Assembly: GCF_006345805.1 (NCBI RefSeq)
Contig: NC_043006.1
Coordinates: forward strand, 3,100,001 to 3,164,000
Length of the DNA stretch: 64,000 bases
Direction: 5' to 3'
Source: Octopus sinensis
Lineage: Eukaryota
Part shown: positions 63,967-64,000 of the stretch, one piece after another
Layout: every line of letters starts with the position of its first letter
Numbering within the stretch: the stretch's first letter is position 1
The notes under the pieces: model-generated
Told to the model about the DNA's origin: nothing
Databases searched by the model: none
Seen by the model: the letters and a program-made list of their open reading frames with translations, nothing else
Translations under genes and position numbers: made by a program

Positions 63967-64000
63967 ACTACTGCTGCTGTTACTGCTGCTACTGCTAGGC
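63797..64000. repeat. (CTTT)n-(CTT)n-(CTA)n-(CTG)n compound microsatellite
   Basis: Directly visible. Confidence 0.95.

Overview
A eukaryotic, AT-rich and extremely microsatellite-dense window. Its SINE/LINE content looks most like an octopod cephalopod genome; this is inferred from repeat families I recall, not from a search. No intact, recognisable host gene or RNA gene is present, and nearly all long ORFs in the track are microsatellite artefacts or transposon remnants. Supported elements are: R4/Dong-type RLE LINE fragments in (AAT)n arrays, a Tx1/L1-type 3' fragment, CR1-type LINEs, a Gypsy-like integrase relic, six mariner derivatives, hAT MITEs, Helitron-type elements, at least four tRNA-derived SINE families and a tRNA-Gln pseudogene. 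The most interesting patterns are: (1) about seven degenerate hammerhead-ribozyme motifs with palindromic helix III, most running into (TA)n arrays, as expected for Penelope-like element ends; (2) same-strand chains of R4/Dong LINEs and a non-coding partner element, each sitting in the (AAT)n tail of the previous one; (3) a fold-back mariner family made of two left ends; (4) a (CTT)n satellite with a conserved core in higher-order arrangement; (5) unannotated exon candidates, including a transmembrane micro-ORF and a phase-compatible minus-strand exon chain. All coordinates were read by eye and may be off by a few bases.
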